Source of the DNA: an uncultured Gemmataceae bacterium
GTDB lineage: Bacteria > Planctomycetota > Planctomycetia > Gemmatales > Gemmataceae
Length of the DNA stretch: 64,000 bases
Reading direction: 5' to 3'
NCBI GenBank assembly: GCA_963701675.1
Contig: OY969623.1
Coordinates: forward strand, 6,450,599 to 6,514,598
Under the pieces are notes generated by a model. The model saw only the letters and a program-made list of their open reading frames with translations, was not told the DNA's origin and made no database searches. The number at the start of each line of letters is the position of its first letter. Position 1 is the stretch's first letter. A program made the translations under genes and the position numbers. Shown in pieces: positions 1 to 8,943 of the stretch.

Positions 1-1
1 C

Positions 2-985
2 TTGCTCATCGACATGATGCTCAAGGAGCAAACGCACCTCTATGTCGGCGGGGCCGGCTCGTGTGCCGGCTGCGGCGAAGGCACCGCCCTTCGCATGCTT
101 TGCTCGGCGACTGGCTCGAAGTTCGGCGATCAGTGGGGCCTGGTCGCGGCGACCGGCTGCAACACCGTTTACACCTCGACGTATCCGTACAATCCGTACC
201 TCGTGCCGTGGACGAATTCTCTCTTCGAGAATGCTCCCGCGTATGCTCTCGGCGTCCGTATGCGTTGGGACCAGATGGGCTGGCAAGGTCGGCCGCTCTG
301 GTGCATTGGCGGCGACGGGGCAATGTTTGATATCGGTTTCCAGGCACTCTCACGCGTCCTCGCCAGCGGCATGCCGATCAAGTTGTTCGTGCTCGACACG
401 CAAGTGTATTCGAACACCGGCGGCCAGGCGTCGACAGCGAGCTACACAGGGCAGAACACCAAGATGTCGGTCCACGGCAAGAGCTTCGGCGGCAAACAGG
501 AGCGGCGTAAGGAAATCGCCCAGATCGCGATGATGCATCCGCGCACCTATGTCGCACAGACGACATGCGCTCACATCAATCACTTTTACAAAGCAGTCCT
601 CGGCGCCCTAGAATTCGACGGGCCCGCGATCGTTTGTTGCTACACGACCTGCCAACCGGAACACGGCGTGGCCGACAACATGGCCGGCGAACAGGCGCGT
701 CTAGCCGTTGACAGCCGGGCGTTTCCACTCCTCATCTACGATCCGCGCAAGGGAGAAAAGATCAAGGAACGGCTATCCCTTCAGGGCAATCCGGCGATGA
801 AAGATGATTGGTTCAAGAATCCGAAGACTAGCGAAGAAGTGACGTTCATCGATTTCGCCCGCAGCGAAGGCCGTTTCGCAAAACACTTCGACAAAGACGG
901 CAATGCGTCGGAACTCCTGACCTGGGCTAAACAAGAACGGCTCGAGAACTGGCATTTGCTGCAGGAGCTCGCGGGATTGCGGTAA
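2..985 (+). CDS. nifJ: pyruvate:ferredoxin/flavodoxin oxidoreductase, C-terminal TPP-binding part (5' truncated by window edge)
   Basis: GGDGAMFDIGFQ (TPP-binding GDG motif), a CxxC cysteine pair and the conserved PFOR domain VI order; the ORF is open to the window start. Confidence 0.75.
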   Translation: MLIDMMLKEQTHLYVGGAGSCAGCGEGTALRMLCSATGSKFGDQWGLVAATGCNTVYTSTYPYNPYLVPWTNSLFENAPAYALGVRMRWDQMGWQGRPLWCIGGDGAMFDIGFQALSRVLASGMPIKLFVLDTQVYSNTGGQASTASYTGQNTKMSVHGKSFGGKQERRKEIAQIAMMHPRTYVAQTTCAHINHFYKAVLGALEFDGPAIVCCYTTCQPEHGVADNMAGEQARLAVDSRAFPLLIYDPRKGEKIKERLSLQGNPAMKDDWFKNPKTSEEVTFIDFARSEGRFAKHFDKDGNASELLTWAKQERLENWHLLQELAGLR

Positions 986-1008
986 CAAGGCGGCTCACGG
1001 GTTAGCGC

Positions 1009-1326
1009 ATGACCACCCCGCTCGCGACCCACGACTACACACCCGGAAACCTCGACCTCGCGCTGGAGTTTCTCAAACGCACCCGTGCCGAACTGCGCCA
1101 ACTGCGGAAAGTTCGCGTTTGGCGAGATCGGCTTCACGTCATTGACGTGAACAAGGATTTCTTTGAAGTTCGCGGCGTTGGTTACGACAACCCGGACATC
1201 GTTCCCATCCTCCGTGCGGTGAATACCGCGTTCAATCCCAAGACGATCGCTGAACCGACCACGGCCGAGTACAAGGAATTCGACACCGGCAGAAGACATC
1301 CGTGGGCGGAAGACCGGGTGATGTGA
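1009..1326 (+). CDS. hypothetical small protein
   Basis: 105-aa ORF with coding-like codon bias immediately downstream of PFOR; no recognisable motif. Confidence 0.3.
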   Translation: MTTPLATHDYTPGNLDLALEFLKRTRAELRQLRKVRVWRDRLHVIDVNKDFFEVRGVGYDNPDIVPILRAVNTAFNPKTIAEPTTAEYKEFDTGRRHPWAEDRVM

Positions 1327-1362
1327 GCCGCGGGTAAGGCGGCCGCGAGACTTGCGGCCAGG

Positions 1363-1671
1363 TCACGGCGACATGAGCATTACGCCCTTGATGAAGACTA
1401 GCGGGCGATCTTCGCATACCGCGAAATGGACGGAAACCGGAGATACAAGCACTAGCCGGACTTGCATCCGTAGTTCCGGCAAACGGTAAAGCGGTTCTCC
1501 CAGCGCCTGCGGATTCGATTCGAGGTGTTCGACAATGCGGCGAAGGGCTGCCGACATTTGCGGGCCTCGACCTTCGCGCGTTGCGCGACGGTGAGCGCGT
1601 CGAATTTCGGCAGTGATCGCAGCCGAACAGTGGACATTGAAACGCCCCGCGCCGCTATCTGGGTCGACCAT
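1363..1671 (-). CDS. putative ParE/RelE-fold toxin (the true start is probably an internal Met near 1560)
   Basis: C-terminal '...LVLVSPVSVHFAVCEDRPLVFIKGV' resembles the ParE beta-sheet core; it overlaps the 3' end of an upstream small basic ORF on the same strand. Confidence 0.3.
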   Translation of the reverse strand: MVDPDSGAGRFNVHCSAAITAEIRRAHRRATREGRGPQMSAALRRIVEHLESNPQALGEPLYRLPELRMQVRLVLVSPVSVHFAVCEDRPLVFIKGVMLMSP

Positions 1672-1882
1672 TCTTGATTTTTGTCTTGCGTTTGGCTGCC
1701 TCTCGATCGAGCGCTTTCAGTTCCGCGAGCACCTGCCGCGCTGGAATTCCTTCCTCAATCTCGGTATAACGCTGCAGGTCTGCCGCCGTGAATGCCCGCC
1801 GCGCTCTGGCATAGAGCGTCTTCAAGGTGTCCCCTTTCTTGACGCGCAGAATTCGAACACGGGCTTTTTTCGCTTCGGCCAT
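1655..1882 (-). CDS. putative antitoxin-like small protein (MAEAKKARVRILRV...)
   Basis: 75-aa basic ORF starting at ATG 1882, overlapping the downstream toxin-like ORF; the gene order matches type II TA modules. Confidence 0.3.
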   Translation of the reverse strand: MAEAKKARVRILRVKKGDTLKTLYARARRAFTAADLQRYTEIEEGIPARQVLAELKALDREAAKRKTKIKNGRPR

Positions 1883-2002
1883 GATTAGTTTCCTTCGTTT
1901 GGCGCAACTAGGCCACCCTCGATTATACCCGACGCAAACTTCAGTCCCTAATCCCAATTTTTCCCTCGCCTTTCGACCTTCCGTGTCTCCATAATAGGCC
2001 GC

Positions 2003-2605
2003 ATGAACTCATGCGGTTTTCGGGACATCGTGCGCAAGGCTCAGGCGGGTGACACCGGAGCCTTGGACGAACTGTTCCGCTTCGCCCGGCCGGTCGTCGA
2101 GCGGATCGTCCGAGCCCGGACCACGCCGCCGAACGAGAGCGTCAACGATCACGTGCAGAACACCTGTGCGCGGATCTTCGAGAAGCTCGACCAGTTTGAC
2201 GGAGCGCGGACCGTTTCGGACGATGAGCAATGCATCGCAGTTTTCGTCGGCTGGGTCCGGCAAGTAACGCTCTCGGTATTGGCCAACGCCCCGCGCGGCC
2301 GGGAACGGTTCCGCAAAGTCCGCATCGAGCCGGCGGGTTCGACCAACACACCAGGCAACGACCCGCCGGCGCCCGATGGAACGCCCAGCACCTACGCTCG
2401 TGCGGACGAGGAGTCCAAGCTGGTTCTCGCCGCGGTTGATGCGCTGCCGGATCCGATCAACCGCGAGATTGTAAAGTTGCGGTTTTTCGACGGCCTGTCG
2501 CTGCGGGAAATCACCGAGCAACTGTCGTTGACCTACGACGTGGTCCGCGAACGATACAAGACCAGCATGCGCCGGCTGCGGCGGGAACTGGAAAGTTTGG
2601 AATAA
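2003..2605 (+). CDS. ECF-type RNA polymerase sigma-70 family factor
   Basis: Region 2 (…FRFARPVVERIV…) and a region 4 helix-turn-helix (REIVKLRFFDGLSLREITEQLSLTYDVVRERYKTSMRRLRREL). Confidence 0.8.
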   Translation: MNSCGFRDIVRKAQAGDTGALDELFRFARPVVERIVRARTTPPNESVNDHVQNTCARIFEKLDQFDGARTVSDDEQCIAVFVGWVRQVTLSVLANAPRGRERFRKVRIEPAGSTNTPGNDPPAPDGTPSTYARADEESKLVLAAVDALPDPINREIVKLRFFDGLSLREITEQLSLTYDVVRERYKTSMRRLRRELESLE

Positions 2606-2690
2606 TTCAATCGACTCTGCGGTCTCCGCGCTCTCCGCGGTTAGGCAAGCAAACCGCCGAGATCGCAGAGATCGCGGAGAAAATTCCGGC

Positions 2691-5600
2691 ATGAACGATC
2701 CGATCAGTATCGACGACGCCGAACTCCTCTCGGAGGACATCGCCGAGGAATACCTGGAACACCTTCACGCCGGCAATGCGCCGGACCGCGCTCGCTGGCT
2801 CGATGCGCACCCTGACATAGCAGAAGTCCTCAACCGCCACTTGTCGGTTATCGAACGCATCCACCGCACGGCACAAGAGTCGAATGGCACCTCAACAGCG
2901 CTCGGCGCGGGTCTCCCGACCCCGCCGCCCGACCACATTGGCCGCTACGCAATTCTCGAAGTCCTCGGCCGTGGCGCATGCGGCACCGTGTATCATGCAT
3001 ACGATCCAAAATTCGATCGCGATGTCGCCCTTAAGGTCCTCCGCCCTGACCTGGCCGCCGATCCGCAATACGGTTCGCGCTTCCGCCGTGAAGCCCGCAT
3101 CGCCGCCCAACTGCGACACCCTCATATCGTCCCGGTTCACGCATCCGGCGAAGAAGATGGCCGAGTTTATCTGGACATGGCCTTCATCCCTGGCGAATCA
3201 CTCGAAGAGCGGCTAGCCGCCGGTCCTCTCTCGTTCGCCGACGCCGCCGACCTTGTCGAAAAACTCGCCGACGCCCTGCATTACGCCCATTCGCAAGGGA
3301 TCATCCATCGGGATGTGAAGCCAAGCAACATTCTGTTGGAGGGGTCAGGGGCCAGGGGCCAGGGGTCAGGAGTCAGAAGTCAGGATCAGGGATCAGAGTC
3401 TTCACTGACCCCTGACCCCTGGCCCCTGACCCCTGTTCTCACCGACTTCGGCCTCGCCCGCCGCGCCGCTGGGGAAGCGTCGTTGACCGAGCACGGCCAG
3501 GTCATCGGCACCCTGGCCTACATGCCGCCGGAACAAGCCCAGGGCGGCGGTCACCAGGCCGACGCCCGCAGCGATGTCTACAGCCTCGGCGCCGTGCTGT
3601 ATCGCTTGCTCAGCGGCCGTGTGCCGTTTCCGGATGACGGGTCATTCGTTTCACAGATTCACCGCATCGTGCACCACGAACCACCGACACCACGCACGGT
3701 GAACCGCGCAGTGCCGCGCGACCTGGAGACAATCTGTTTGAAAGCGATGGCCAAGGATCCGGCCGACCGCTTCACGACGGCGGCGGCGATGGCGGATGAG
3801 CTGCGGCGGTGGCGGAAGGATGAATCGCTGACAATACGGCCGCCGACGTGGTGGGAGAAAGGGCGGCGCTGGGCGCGGCGGAACAGGGCGGTAGCGAATG
3901 TTACGTTCGCTGCGGCAGTGCTGGTCGTGGCTGTCGGATTCCTGGCCCTGCTCGCCTGGCGCAACGCTGTGCTCGAAACCCGCACAAACGCCGAGGCCCA
4001 ATACATCAGGCTACTTTACCAGGCTAGACAACGCATTCTCACACCGATTGTCGGTCGCCGTGTGGAAGGACAACGCCTTCTAGAATCGGTGAAAGTACAC
4101 GGTGCGAGGATGCAAGATGCTGCAAGACGCCATCATCTCGACCTAGTGGCGCGATCGCTCTACGCAATGTCGTTAGGGGTACCGGACTTCGTTGCGAAGG
4201 AGGCCGACACTGTTAAGCTTCCAGAGGTGTTCTGGAAAATGTGGCCAATCGCGCTACATCCCGACGGGAAGGTGATGGTCATCGGCACATACAACGGGCC
4301 GGTGCGTTGGGATCGTGGTGGTTCGCCAAACTTGCCCCCCGATTTGGATCCGAATCTACATCGCCCGCGAATTGCGTTCAGTCCTGAAGGTAACTATCTC
4401 GCTTTCGCGCCGGAGGCAGGTGGCCTGATCCTCTACCCAGGCGACGTAGACACGACCCCAATCGCCAAATGGGCTTCGACAAAGAATGGTACGGTACAGA
4501 CCATCGGCTTTCATCCTGACGGACGTGCCGTGTCGCTGCTTTGCAGCGATGGGACGATCCAATGGCTTTCGGTACCGAATCTAAACGAGGCGTCTGTGTG
4601 GCCCAGCGATTCGACACTTGGGGAGGTGACGGTAGCCGCATTCTCACCCGACGCCTCGCAAATTGCGGTCGGGGACGCAAGCGGCAACGTACGGGTACGA
4701 TTCAGAGACGGCAAACCCATGAAGGTTCACTCTGCCAGCGATGACGCAACGCAGGTGGAGTCATTGGCTTGGTCGCCAGACGCCAAACTTCTTGCCGTCG
4801 GCAGGCGCGACGGCACTGTGGAACTCTGTGAAGCCGACAACGGAAGAATCCGCTGGCGAGGATCCATTTCCGCTACGGGTGTTAGCAATCTGGTCTTTGA
4901 TCCCTTGGGCCGTTGGCTTCTGGGCGGCTGGAGGCATTCCACGCTAAGAACGTGGGACGTGGCGAGCGGCCGCCAGGTCCTGACACTGGATTATTCCACT
5001 CCAATGGGATTCTCGCGTGACGGTAGGACGTTGGCTGTGGGCAATCAAATGAATGCGGCATTCGTGGAAATGGTCCCGCCCGCAACCGTGTGCCCTCTTT
5101 CCGGCCATCGGCGCGCTGTCGAGCATTTGGCTTGGAGCCGAAATGAGCGATTCCTGGTTTCGCTGGATTCCTCATACGAAATTCGTGTTTGGGACCTGGA
5201 GCGTGGCACTTCAATCATGGCCGTTCCGGCGCCACGTAGCGATTCTCAGTTTTTTCCAATGAACGCCCGGGTTGGAATCACTGATGACGGTGCTGTGGTT
5301 GCGTACGCAAGCGCCGGAACCAACGATTCTCACGCCTACATGTACGATGTGGCATCAGGGCACGTGCTCGGCAGCTGGCTGTTGCCAGGCGGTTTTGAAT
5401 CGATGGCGTTCAATGGAAAGGCGTTCGTGCTCGTGCGCGAGGAGTGTGCTTCAGCCGACGCGCCGCGGCAGAGCATCGTCTACGAATGGGCGATAGGACA
5501 TGAACCTCAAAAGCTGCATGCGTTGCGCGAAAGTGAAGCCGGCGACCAGCTAGGGTATTTCGCTAGTGAATTGACTCCGGACGCTCGCTATTTCCGATGG

Positions 5601-6092
5601 TGGGGCCCACGTAAACCGGACGAAAAACTGCGGCTGGAGGTGTACGATGTGGCTGCGAGACGCTGTATTAGGCGCTTTGGCCGGGCCGACTTGCGGGCTC
5701 CCGATGGTGGGCTTGGAGGCCATCTTTCCCCCGACGGTCGACGCTTACTTGTGGCACTTGGCGGAGGAGCCATGACGGCAATCGACCTGATTGATGGCAG
5801 CGAGTCTTATCCGGTGACAGGTTTGGAGTTCTCAGAAAACATGGAACGAACGGCACATTTCGCTGCGCCGAACGAATGGTGCAACTACGACCGTATCCGC
5901 GTATCGTCGCTCGACTCGTCAGGATCGCCTTTGGAACTGTTCAACCTCGATCTCTCAAACATCACCGGGCCGAATGTATGTTATCTCAGCCCCAGCGGCC
6001 GCTATCTTGCGTGGCGCGATGGGACCGGCGGCATCACCATCGCTGATCTACCAGCGCTGGAAACGGCAGTTGGCGGATTCCTAGCCGATTAA
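2691..6092 (+). CDS. Ser/Thr protein kinase (Hanks type) with transmembrane segment and C-terminal WD40/beta-propeller repeats; carries a 31-codon insertion between subdomains VIb and VII
   Basis: GRGACGTVY…ALKVL, HRDVKPSNILL, DFGLAR, YMPPE, DVYSLG; WD-like repeats (LAWSPD…, VWDL…, TWDV…) in the C-terminal half; it sits directly downstream of the ECF sigma gene. Confidence 0.85.
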   Translation: MNDPISIDDAELLSEDIAEEYLEHLHAGNAPDRARWLDAHPDIAEVLNRHLSVIERIHRTAQESNGTSTALGAGLPTPPPDHIGRYAILEVLGRGACGTVYHAYDPKFDRDVALKVLRPDLAADPQYGSRFRREARIAAQLRHPHIVPVHASGEEDGRVYLDMAFIPGESLEERLAAGPLSFADAADLVEKLADALHYAHSQGIIHRDVKPSNILLEGSGARGQGSGVRSQDQGSESSLTPDPWPLTPVLTDFGLARRAAGEASLTEHGQVIGTLAYMPPEQAQGGGHQADARSDVYSLGAVLYRLLSGRVPFPDDGSFVSQIHRIVHHEPPTPRTVNRAVPRDLETICLKAMAKDPADRFTTAAAMADELRRWRKDESLTIRPPTWWEKGRRWARRNRAVANVTFAAAVLVVAVGFLALLAWRNAVLETRTNAEAQYIRLLYQARQRILTPIVGRRVEGQRLLESVKVHGARMQDAARRHHLDLVARSLYAMSLGVPDFVAKEADTVKLPEVFWKMWPIALHPDGKVMVIGTYNGPVRWDRGGSPNLPPDLDPNLHRPRIAFSPEGNYLAFAPEAGGLILYPGDVDTTPIAKWASTKNGTVQTIGFHPDGRAVSLLCSDGTIQWLSVPNLNEASVWPSDSTLGEVTVAAFSPDASQIAVGDASGNVRVRFRDGKPMKVHSASDDATQVESLAWSPDAKLLAVGRRDGTVELCEADNGRIRWRGSISATGVSNLVFDPLGRWLLGGWRHSTLRTWDVASGRQVLTLDYSTPMGFSRDGRTLAVGNQMNAAFVEMVPPATVCPLSGHRRAVEHLAWSRNERFLVSLDSSYEIRVWDLERGTSIMAVPAPRSDSQFFPMNARVGITDDGAVVAYASAGTNDSHAYMYDVASGHVLGSWLLPGGFESMAFNGKAFVLVREECASADAPRQSIVYEWAIGHEPQKLHALRESEAGDQLGYFASELTPDARYFRWWGPRKPDEKLRLEVYDVAARRCIRRFGRADLRAPDGGLGGHLSPDGRRLLVALGGGAMTAIDLIDGSESYPVTGLEFSENMERTAHFAAPNEWCNYDRIRVSSLDSSGSPLELFNLDLSNITGPNVCYLSPSGRYLAWRDGTGGITIADLPALETAVGGFLAD
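3341..3435. repeat. heptamer-repeat palindrome (GGGGYCA)n…(TGRCCCC)n embedded in frame in the kinase CDS
   Basis: AGGGGTCAGGGGCCAGGGGCCAGGGGTCAGG…degenerate copies…CTGACCCCTGACCCCTGGCCCCTGACCCCTG; the arms are reverse complements. Confidence 0.8.
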
Positions 6093-6256
6093 CAGCGCAA
6101 GAAAACGAAAATCCATTCCCGCGCTTTTCGGCAGTGTGTGTCTTACTCTTTAGCTCGCACGATTGCGACGCCGTCACGCTGGCGGGGGAGGAACATCTTG
6201 TCTTTCCCAGCGGACCAATACCACCACAAATGCCCAATGAAACGCGGGGGTCTCTT

Positions 6257-8274
6257 ATGTTCTCTCTTCGAAAGCGCTCGCAAGCTACTCAAAGCCACGT
6301 GCGAAAAACGCGTTGGACGTGTCGGCCATCATTCGTCGCTTTGGAAAATCGTTGTCTGCCGTCAACGTTTTCATTGGCCTTCGACTCTCTCCCGAGTGCC
6401 CAAGGCTGGAACTACGCATCAAACGGTCCATCGGAAAACGCCGCCTATTGGGTCGACGGCACTAAGCTAACTCAAAACACAATGGCGACGGGCGTCACTT
6501 ACGCCCAATACAACAAGAATGCTTCGATTGATCCGACCAAAGCGTTTACCATTGAAACTCGCGTCAGAGTGATCGACAGCGAGACTACGGCGTGTTGCGC
6601 CCGGCGACGGCATTTCAGGCAATCGGTGCCACTGGCACCGAGTATTTTGGCTTTGGACTGAACAAGACAACTATCTACGCGCCATACGGTAAAGCTGGTT
6701 CCCTGTTTAATACCATCGACCCCACCCAGTTCCATACGTACCGGATCGAAGCAAACCCGGGCGTGAACGTCAGCATCTTCGTAGACGACGTCCTCCTCGT
6801 TTCGACGGTTCCCCCTCTGGTGGGGTCCGCAAATACTCTCTTACTTGGTAACGCTTCAAGCTTTGAAAACGGTCATGCTGAAGTTACGCACTACAAATTC
6901 ACGCAGGACACCTGCTCCACCGGCGACGATGTCGTCCTCACCTCGATCCGAACCGAGGACTCCCGCCAAATCCTCGTCGATTACGACATCAACAACCCCG
7001 CTCTGGCGGACAAGACATTCAACATCGGCATCTACCGCTCGCCTGACGAGGATTTCGACACGAGCGACGACGTGAAAATCGGATCGGTAACGATTTCAGG
7101 CCCACTGGCGATGGTGGGCCAGTATTTTGACGTGCCTGTAAACTTGGATTTCGACACAGCACTCGCACCAAGTTTCAATCTGAAGTACGTCATCGGCGTT
7201 GCCGATCCTGAGGGCACGCTGGATGGGTTCGGCCTGGATAGCTGCGATGCGCATTTTCGAAAGGTTGTCATTAGCGCTGTGTCCGTTGGCTTCCAGGTAC
7301 CTTGCTTTAGTACTTCTGAACCTGAATGGGTTACCACGATGGCAACTTCACTTAAGCAAGCCGGCTATGATGAAGTCGTTCCGTTCTGGTGGACCAGCTG
7401 CATTCCCTACCCCACCTATGATGATCGCGCGTCGAGCGACCTTTTTAACAGGCTTTCTTTGAAAGCGAGCGGGCTGATTCCGGCATTGGGAGAGAATGAC
7501 TCAATTGACCTGCACTTGATTGGCCACAGCCGCGGTGCTGTTGTCGTCAGCGGCACGATGGAGCTTTGGCAGGAACTCAACATACCTCAAGCAAAAGCCG
7601 GGTACATGAAGTTAACGCTCTTAGACCCCCATCCGGCGACCAACACATACGGGCTAAACGCAAGCATTTCCTCAAAGCCGAAAGCAGATGGTTACAAGGC
7701 GATCCAAGCTCTAATGAATGACGCGCCAATAACAGTCGCGGCGCGCGTGAACGAGGTAGAGGATTTCTGGCAGCGTACACACTACTATGAGGGGTTGCAG
7801 GGTAAGGAAGCAACCGTTAATCTCTGGGGACTTGACCACGAAGATATCAACGTAATGGGATCGCAGACCAACGTCTTTAGTTACAACCTCTCAGCCGCAT
7901 ACGAGTGCGGCAAGATCATTGGTCACACTGAAGTACATGAGTTCTATCAATCCACAATTCCAGGAAGTGGATGCCGATCAATCAAGAACGACACGCGCAA
8001 CACCTCTGAATTCGGCGGCAGGGTCGTCGTCGGCTCCAGTCCAGCGCCGATTCCGCCACCGGATCGGCCGTCTGCCAATTTAGCATTGGCACACAGTGCC
8101 AGCGACCTGATGAATCCCGCCCTTAGTAGCTCGGTGCCGGATTCCGATGCTGCGACGATGGTTGCCAAAACATCATCCGCACAGCCGATTGAACCGCCCA
8201 CACCATGCAGCCGCCTCGCCGCAACCGATTGGTTGACATCCACCATCCCCGACCCACTCGCCCTCGACCTGTAA
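6257..8274 (+). pseudogene. secreted LamG/ConA-like lectin domain fused to an alpha/beta-hydrolase (lipase-like, GHSRG) protein, split by a frameshift between about 6556 and 6661 (or a sequencing error)
   Basis: N-terminal 'FVALENRCLPSTF' motif (the same class as the FG-GAP genes); a LamG-like segment continues across two overlapping frames (ORFs 6134-6661 and 6592-8274); the nucleophile-elbow LIGHSRGAVV lies downstream. Confidence 0.5.
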
Positions 8275-8402
8275 TCCAAAATCGACCGCCCAATATGCGC
8301 TGCGGGGTACGTGAAATGCCCGCGGCGTTTTCGCTTTCCGGTGATGTCACGCCTGTGATACACTGACCCAGTCGGCCCGATTCTGGTTATGGGGGTGTCG
8401 CC

Positions 8403-8636
8403 ATGTCAGCTGTTCCATTGAGCGAAGCACACGCTCGACTACCGGAGTTAATCTCTGCCTTAAAACCCGGCGAAGCGCTGCCTATCCATCAGAATGGCGA
8501 AACCGTTGCCACGCTAACAACAAGCAACGCCGCAGCTGGCCGTGCCAGCCCGGAAGTGCGAAGCACATTACTGGATGGACGCCGTTTGCTATGTCGATTC
8601 ATCAACCGCGCGGGAGGCTTCAGCCAACCGGGTTAG
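8403..8636 (+). CDS. Phd/YefM-like antitoxin-like small protein (orphan)
   Basis: 'AVPLSEAHARLPELISALKPGEALPIHQNGETVATLT' resembles the Phd/YefM N-terminus; no cognate toxin is evident; it lies in a lower-GC patch. Confidence 0.3.
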   Translation: MSAVPLSEAHARLPELISALKPGEALPIHQNGETVATLTTSNAAAGRASPEVRSTLLDGRRLLCRFINRAGGFSQPG

Positions 8637-8813
8637 CATTTGCCGATTCCGGGCATCGTTTTCACGGCGGATCAGTTCGAACCGACGTTGGACGACGTCG
8701 TCCGGCCCGTGCAGTAGATATGGCAAGGATTCGCGCATTGCGCGGAGCGTAAGTGTTAGTCGTTCGCCGGGTGTCATGCGGCGGTATGCTTCCAGAGATT
8801 CGCGACTTAACAT
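8589..8813 (-). CDS. hypothetical small protein (overlaps the 3' end of the Phd-like ORF; only one of the two may be real)
   Basis: 74-aa ORF with moderate coding bias. Confidence 0.2.
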   Translation of the reverse strand: MLSRESLEAYRRMTPGERLTLTLRAMRESLPYLLHGPDDVVQRRFELIRRENDARNRQMLTRLAEASRAVDEST

Positions 8814-8943
8814 GGCTTTGAACGTTCGTTCGCTGCAAGGTATCCGGCCGAAACGAAGAAATATGGCCGAGCGGCGTCTGAAAACCGCAGACCTCCCCGC
8901 ACTGCCGCCAAACGCAACCTAAGTTTCATTAGGCCGCGCCGCC

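Noticed and set aside
6134-6256. Upstream extension of the lectin-lipase ORF (MCVLLFSSHDCDA…)
   Set aside because: No RBS or signal features. MFSLRKRS… at 6257 gives the same spacing to the LE.R..PS motif as in the FG-GAP paralogues.
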